Shown one piece after another: positions 10,288-20,000 of a stretch of DNA of 20,000 bases. Numbering within the stretch: the first letter of the stretch is position 1; each line of letters begins with the position of its first letter. The notes beneath the pieces were generated by a model, which searched no databases, was not told the DNA's origin, and saw nothing but the letters and a program-made list of their open reading frames with translations. The translations under genes and the position numbers were made by a program. Origin of the DNA: Spizellomyces punctatus DAOM BR117 (taxonomy: Eukaryota); the NCBI GenBank assembly GCA_000182565.2, contig KQ257454.1. One strand, given 5' to 3'.

Positions 10288-10658
10288 ATAAGACTAGGTA
10301 TCCCCAAGTGCTCGGCTCGTCGCATGAGTTCAGGTAATTACCACCAAGATATAAATATGTGTATTGGCTCGCAGCGTACGTCCTCTTTGTTGATGTTTGT
10401 AGAATACATTAAGGGCAAGTCACCATATAATTCTGATGTCAGTCTATTTGCTGTTTGCGGAATGGGACGTCTCAGTAGTGTTTGTGAAAAACGCTGCCGT
10501 GTCTACGAGGCCCCATGGATAGCTGCAGATCATCTTTTGCCAACCGCGGTTCTTAAGCGATATGGTAACAACACGGAAGGCCACATACGACCAATATATT
10601 CGATGACAAACAAACACCCTTATTCCTTGATAAATATGTGACTATATATCTTTATGTC

Positions 10659-11513
10659 TCACTTTTTGTTGCTGACAAAGGTCGCCACCAGCTTTCGATC
10701 GTGGCTCGTTGGCTGACCGACCATCTGCGCACACGACTGCAGGGCATCCGAAACATGCTTCAACACAGCCTCACTCTTCCTATTCCGCTTATCAACAATT
10801 GTGAAGCGAACCCGATACTTGTCCTCCAGCAGTTGCCGAGCTTTTGTCAACTTAATATTCAGATCGTGTGGCGAGATACTGGATCCGACTTCAAGCTCCT
10901 TTGCGGTATTAGATTTTCCGTCTTTTGGTCGTTTGACTCCACGTGCTTCAGCTTTAGCTTTCTTTTGAACTTCGTGAGATACGATACGACAAATCGGTGG
11001 GTTTTTGTCTGGGGATATCAGCAGAAGGTCATGAGTACGGCGGTTGAAAAGCGTCAGGGCTTTTTCTAGCGAGTGGGTGCCTAAGCTTTCATTCTCTTCA
11101 GAAAGAACTTCGACCGTCGTCTGAGGGATTTTCTCATTCTTGGGCGGTTTTACGAAAGTTGAAGATTTTGGCGTAGCATTTTCGCGAGCAATGATTCGGC
11201 AGACTGGGGGATCTGTCCGGTTGTTCACTAGAACTAAATCATGGGTTGTATTGTCATATAATGTGAGCGCTTTTGACAGCGGATGCGCTCCAAGGTTTTC
11301 GCTAGCAGCGGATATAACGGTAACGGTTGGGTAGGGGATATCTCGATTCTGGAGAGCTGGTGCGGTTTTAGAGGATGGTTTCGCCAGGAATGCAGGACTA
11401 GAAACCGCAAACGGTCGAGATGGAGGGGCTCTTAATTGCACACATAACGTCTGTCTATGTACCGCTGGCCTCAACATGCGGAACCACACGCAGCGGCATG
11501 ATCTTGCATTCAT
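10659..11513 (-). CDS. Mitochondrial translation initiation factor IF3-like protein, 284 aa, intronless, with duplicated IF3-N domain
   Basis: Arg-rich, acid-free N-terminal presequence (MNARSCRCVWFRMLRPAVHR..), two IF3-N-like units (NxxI..V.V....E.LG.....AL.......DL.L......PP.CRI), basic linker, IF3-C (KELEVGSSISPHDLNIKLTKARQLLEDKYRVRFTI). First ATG is 11513 (alternative M at 11477). Confidence 0.85.
   Translation of the reverse strand: MNARSCRCVWFRMLRPAVHRQTLCVQLRAPPSRPFAVSSPAFLAKPSSKTAPALQNRDIPYPTVTVISAASENLGAHPLSKALTLYDNTTHDLVLVNNRTDPPVCRIIARENATPKSSTFVKPPKNEKIPQTTVEVLSEENESLGTHSLEKALTLFNRRTHDLLLISPDKNPPICRIVSHEVQKKAKAEARGVKRPKDGKSNTAKELEVGSSISPHDLNIKLTKARQLLEDKYRVRFTIVDKRNRKSEAVLKHVSDALQSCAQMVGQPTSHDRKLVATFVSNKK
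10971..11348 (-). repeat. Intragenic tandem domain repeat, period 70 aa (210 nt)
   Basis: Unit 1 11348-11181 and unit 2 11138-10971 align without gaps, 28/56 aa identical by manual count. Confidence 0.92.
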
Positions 11514-11678
11514 TTGGATTGGAATTGTGGTCAGTGACAGAGGTAGAAGCTTGTGGCTTAGGATAGTGTATTGGCAGGCGGACGCGTACTGGTGTTTTGG
11601 AGTACTGTAGACCAATATTGGCACTTTGCAGAAAGACCTTGGACGAGCGGATTTAGCGTTAAGGAAGGATGGGCCAGC

Positions 11679-12606
11679 ATGGAGTTAGCTCTGGACCAGC
11701 TCATTGACGGTTTGCCGACAACGCATGTCTCGTTTGAAACTCTCCGAGACTTTGTCAAGAAGCGAATTGGAACTTTCCAGTATATTATCAAAATGCACGA
11801 AGGGAATTCGCACTTCTTGAGCACGGTCATCATCTCCAACGACATGCTCGTTACCATGCACCATGAGGAGAAGGCTAAAGTGAAAAAAAGAGTTACAAAG
11901 TGGTTTCATCTGGGTTATAGTATTGGAACTATTCTTGGTATTCCGAGCTCGACGGATTTCGTGCGAGCGTTCAGTCAACTCGTATCCGAGTATGAGAATA
12001 GCGATAATGACAGCCGTCGCAACCTGGTACGACTAGAAGAATCTTCTTGAGTCCTTCTTACACTGAAGATCCAAGGTATTCTCACCACTAGAAACGTATC
12101 TTTTCGGGGAAAACACCGCGAGGTGGGTCTACTGGCGATCAAACCAGTCAGCCTCCAGATGCTGGTGTGTACACTTATATGGATACCCCACACCTGGTAT
12201 GGCCAAGAATCTTGATGTACTTATTGTCCGGGCCATGAACTCACATCTTCGCGCGCCCCTGCACATTGGTTAATTCCAGCCGTTTGATATCGATCATGTG
12301 CCGACGGTGTTGGGACTGTTCGAGGTTCTCACTCTTGCCTACAGCAAGTTTACCGAAAATAGCGAGGCATGCCGAAATCAAGCATTTATCGATGCAGTTA
12401 TGAAGATTGATGGGAAAATCAAGGTGCCAAGTAATTGCGTTCGTTTGCACAGGCTGATTTCAATTCCTGACACATGACATCTTTTTTCTTTACCATTGTT
12501 AAAGAAAATTATTGGGGTTGTGATGAAAGACTTGGACTTCGTCGCCAAGAATCGTGTAAAGGAGGAATTGGATATGTTGCTTCTGACACCACCGGAACTA
12601 ATGTAA
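11679..12606 (+). CDS. Uncharacterised protein (about 230 aa, 4 exons), likely a conserved fungal family
   Basis: In-frame GT-AG splicing gives MELALDQLIDG..DFVKKRIGTFQYIIKMHEGNSHFLSTV..KWFHLGYSIGTIL..FVRAFSQLVSEYE..NL|KRIFSGK..YTYMDTPHL|PFDIDHVPTVLGLFEVLTLAYSKF..KIDGKIK|KIIGVVMKDLDFVAKNRVKEELDMLL..M*. Resembles, from memory, unannotated fungal proteins with a KRIxTxxYxxKxHEG ... P.LPFxxD pattern. Confidence 0.8.
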
Positions 12607-12830
12607 CAGACCGGCTCGGGTGCCCTCCCTATCCCATTTGTTGGGATATGTAAATACCTAAGTTGAGTGCCTATTGGGCGGTCGGAGCGTTCAAGCCATG
12701 AAGTCATTGATGTCAATCAAATTGGGACCAAATGAGCACACGCAAATGATGAGTGAGGTCCACCGTTAATTATAAAGGATAAAACGAACAAGACAGACTA
12801 TACCCTGTCTAAAATCTATACAAAGAAAGA

Positions 12831-16412
<3,582 letters not shown>

Positions 16413-16517
16413 GATGGGCAAGCTTCCAACGTTAACAGATGGGCAGAAAGTCCCATAGATGGTCGGAGCCGGAATTGTCCAGCATTTCGGACCAATGCTT
16501 GTTGGCTGGGCAACTTG

Positions 16518-16543
16518 TTTGCGCCACAGGTAGGGGGACGCGT
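16518..16543 (-). promoter_or_regulatory. MCB element (ACGCGT) with adjacent imperfect E2F-like site upstream of MCM3
   Basis: ACGCGT 16538-16543 and TTTGCGCCA 16518-16526, about 105-130 bp upstream of the MCM3 ATG. Confidence 0.45.
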
Positions 16544-16813
16544 TCTGGGAGGTCGATCGTAATCTTTCCCCGACTCCTTGAACTGTTAACATGCCCTGCT
16601 GTGGAGAGGCAATTCACTGAGAGCGTTTGGGTAATTGTTTTCTTTTTGTATTGGCTAATGTGGTGGCAGCTGCTCAATATTCTTGCTTTCATCAGGGACG
16701 GTCGTATTGCCGGCAAATGAGCACCCCTTTTATGAAGCATTGAAATCGTCGACGACCTAGTGTTTTTGTTTTTGCAGTTGTTTTGTTTTTTTGTTTGGGA
16801 GACAAGAGCCGCT

Positions 16814-19800
16814 ATGGTGACCAACCTAACTCGAGAATTCCGTGTGGGAGTCATTGGCGCTCCTGCGGTGTTGGAATCCGATCTCTTCACATCTGTCAAA
16901 GCTCCTGTGAACGCTTCGAACACTACTTCTAACTCTGATGGTAAGCGCATGAAAGACGTCATGACGGTGCAGAGGCTTATTGCTGTACACTCTGAATTGG
17001 ACAGGCTCGTCACCATCCGTAGAAATTGATTTGCATGGGCAAAATTGTATTCTGAAGCTTGTTTTCGTGGACGAACGAGAAATCCAAAATGTTGGCGAAT
17101 CGTCCTTTTGGCCTGAGGTAATGTATCCAACCAACTTAATCTCACACTACGCACCTCTTGTTGATATCCTTATAGGCGATAAGCAACTGTAATGGAATCT
17201 TGCTGTGCTATCCTGTTTCTGATCGAGCTTCCTTCTTGAACGTTATTGACCTTCTTGGTAATGTCATGGTCGGAGTTCTCATTTGCTGGAACTTCTTAAT
17301 TGATAATTTATCTTCAGCTACTGGAAAGGAAGCGCCGACGGCATTAGTAGGCTGGAACCCGCCAGGAACGGAACGACAAGTAGATTTCGATCTTGGTGTA
17401 AAACTAAGTGGAGTGTTCAATGTCGACTTTGCGGAGTTGCCCAATCCCGAGACGGAAGTACCGAACAATATTGTTGGCATATTGACCAACATGGCCGATC
17501 GAATGCTGAAGTCTGCAGGTGGAGTGCATCTACTAATATTACGTATGTTACAATCTCTGATTGTCTCATCTCATCTGCAGATGGAACAGATTCGAACCCT
17601 TTTAAATTTGACGAGATCAAGTATGATTCCTTGCGGTCTCAGCTGCGGGAGCTTCGAACGACGTCTACCGTAATTCGCCGAAACTCGCAAGTGTCCTCCG
17701 CGCTGTCGAGTAGCGGAGACAGTGCGTCCAGCACCTCATTGAACGAGGGATTTGTTTACCCGATGCCCATGATTCGATCCTCAAAGGACGCTGAAGATGA
17801 CCAACCTGAACCAATCCGTAAGAAAGGGCCTTTGGTCCACCCAGAGGATAAAGCCGTAGGTACAGGTATGTAGGTGATCTCTTGCGCTTTTGCCTTGACG
17901 TCTAGCTTTTGTGCTCAAATATCTGTAGACGAAGCGTCTGATCAGGGTAAAGGAGCCGTTCGGCCTCTCGCTCATAAACAACCGAGTGAGGCTGTCTCCA
18001 CCGGGGAGGACACAAGTTCTATCGACCGCCGCACATCGCTCTCGCCGTCGCTTTCCTCCACGTTCAGTCAGAATACGATATCATCTGCTGCCTCCGGCAT
18101 GCAAGGTGTGATAGGCTCGCTATCGGGCGAGCAGTACCGGCGTCTGTCCCGTAGACTTGATATACTAGATGTTACCCGCGATGGTTTCTCTATTGATGAT
18201 GCACCATATCAGGAGTATGGGTCTAATGGGTCGAAGGATTGGAAACATCTATCTGTTCCAGTATCAGAGGCGAGGTGAGCGTGTTAGTTCGCTTACAGCT
18301 TAAGTATTTGCTGATTTTACCTCTGCTGCAGTAGCACAACATCGACCAGCTCCGTACGCCAGGGATTCACCTTAGAGGAATTAATTGAGAGATTGACAGC
18401 GCCCAATGTTCATGGCAAGTACACTATGTTACCTATGAGTTGATTTGTTTGTTTCTGACGGGTTGGGCACAGATATGGAGTTTGTGAAGGTGTTCCTGAT
18501 GCTCTATCGGAAGTTTTTACGACCAAGTGAATTGCTGGACCGTCTCATGGACAGATTTGACACATTTGACGATAAGGATGAGAATGCACATCAAAGAGGC
18601 AGCCCCATCAATGCTGTGCAACTACGGTAAGTGCCTCCGTGTATATTTCAATTAGTATTTGGCTAACGTACTATAATGTCCGGTCTACAGTGTTTGCAAT
18701 GTCTTGATACATTGGTGTACGGAGTACTGGTGCGACTTTCACTCGGATAGAATGAGGTTCACAATGCACGTCTTTCTGGAGATAATTTCCAGCCGACCGG
18801 CATACGCAGCCATCTGTCAAAGACTGAGTGGGCTGGTTTTCAGAGAGCCGCCTTCCGATAAAGAAAAGGATGCGTTTGATTGGGGCGTTCCGGACATTGA
18901 TGATGAAGAAGAATATGTTCAAACTGAACAGAACACCTCTTCGGCGGGCGACCCTGAAGACGGACCAGATACCCAGCCACGGACATTCTCCTTTGGTTCC
19001 ATGGGTGCCGCACCAGCTAGCGTGGAGGTGTCACTTCGACGGTCAATCTTTAGCACTGGCAGCGGCAGCAGCGAAGTAGCAGACAGAGCATTACGTCGTC
19101 GTTCTGGTGCATCTACTTCCACATCTAGATCCTCTGTCTCCGAGGGAACGGAGGTTGGTGTGGGGCGGAAACCTCCAAGCATGGGATCGTCGGATGGCAT
19201 ATTGCAGTCTGTACCGCACCATCCTTTTCCAAGCCTTTCCTTCTTGGAGATTGACAACGAGGCCATAGCGCAGCAATTGAATGTGTTGGAGAGCGAAATT
19301 TTCAGGAGGATCAAGGTAGCTTTGCCGTCATGCTGTAAGCAACGAACAGGATATTCATTTGCTGGCCATAGGCTCGAGATCTTCTCCAGCACATTTGGAG
19401 TCGGCAATCCAAAGGGCGACATGCTCCGTCAGTAGCAGCCAGTATCGGTCATTTCAACTTCATATCCGCGTGGTATGGACCAACGTGCGCATGGAGACAT
19501 TCTTAGGCCATTGCTGACTCCGCTGTAGGGTTACTACTCGCATTCTGGTTCAAAAGAAATTAAAGACACGAGCAAAAGTCTTGGGCAAATTTATGAAGAT
19601 TGCACAGGTTAGTCTTTTTCATTCCGGCACCGGGGCGGAGAACTGCGACTAAAATTCAGAGGTCACAGATTTTGCGCAACAGCAATAATTATAATACCCT
19701 CATGGCTGTTCTGGCTGGAGTCAATAGTGCTGCCGTACTGCGACTTCGACAGACACGAAAATTGCTGCAGAACCGACAATCTTACCGCAATTACCAAGCG

Positions 19801-20000
19801 CTGGAGAAGCTCATGAGCTCTGAACGATCATTTGCAATTTATCGGCAAACACTTCGCCGGAGTGATCTCCCCTGTATCCCTTACCTGTGGGTATAATCAA
19901 CCTCTATCTATCATCGCATCCTGCGCTAATTGGGATATTTTTACAGTGGCGTATTTCTCAGAGATCTGCTATATATTGATGAGAATAAGGACAAGCGACC
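16814..20000 (+). CDS. Ras guanine-nucleotide exchange factor (REM + CDC25 domain) with an N-terminal degenerate Ras-like domain; continues beyond window
   Basis: REM: TLEELIERLTAPNVH|DMEFVKVFLMLYRKFLRPSELLDRLMDRF..QLR|VCNVLIHWCTEYWCDF; CDC25: IAQQLNVLESEIFRRIK..HFNFISAW|VTTRIL..NNYNTLMAVLAGVNSAAVLRLRQT..PCIPYL|GVFLRDLLYIDE. All upstream exons from ATG 16814 splice in one frame to the REM. Confidence 0.9.
18415..18472 (+). other. GC-AG intron (58 nt) in the RasGEF REM domain
   Basis: G|GCAAGT donor, TTCTGAC branch-like site, CACAG acceptor; restores ..PNVH-D-MEFVKVF. The nearest GT donor (18419) shifts frame to a stop. Confidence 0.8.

Noticed and set aside
10324-10641. 105-aa ORF between DRC2 and IF3
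   Set aside because: Occupies the convergent 3'-UTR space, with no introns or protein-like features; probably spurious.
11514-11624. N-terminal extension of the IF3 ORF in the track (321 aa)
   Set aside because: Begins at a non-ATG codon inside the bidirectional promoter; the first ATG is 11513.
16432-17154. 240-aa minus-strand ORF overlapping the MCM3 promoter and RasGEF start
   Set aside because: Antisense to well-supported exons, crosses their introns, non-ATG start and no recognisable motif.
18919-19422. 167-aa antisense ORF
   Set aside because: Shadow of the Ser/Gly-rich RasGEF linker exon.

Overview
Gene-dense eukaryotic DNA with short (mostly 55-100 nt) spliceosomal introns, almost certainly from a zoosporic fungus (chytrid-like): fungal-type housekeeping genes sit beside two flagellar genes. 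Manual splicing gives ten protein-coding genes that strictly alternate strand, forming five head-to-head pairs: RPB2 (-, 3' end outside window) / divergent CDC20-family APC/C activator (+); TCTEX1D2 dynein light chain (-) / RPB9 (+); AOS1/SAE1 (-, 5' part in a 538-N gap) / DRC2-CCDC65 (+); mitochondrial IF3 (-) / uncharacterised protein (+); MCM3 (-) / RasGEF (+, 3' end outside window). No RNA gene, mobile element or CRISPR array was seen. Most notable: (1) the RasGEF starts with a Ras-like domain whose G1/G3/G4/G5 motifs are all degenerate (pseudo-GTPase-GEF fusion); (2) the mitochondrial IF3 has an ungapped tandem duplication of its N-terminal domain; (3) the CDC20 homologue has eroded C-box, KILR and IR-tail motifs and a forkhead-site cluster in its promoter; (4) the same 10-mer ACGCGTCCCC (MCB core) lies upstream of both CDC20 and MCM3. 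Gene models were spliced by eye and family calls rest on recalled motifs, not database searches.
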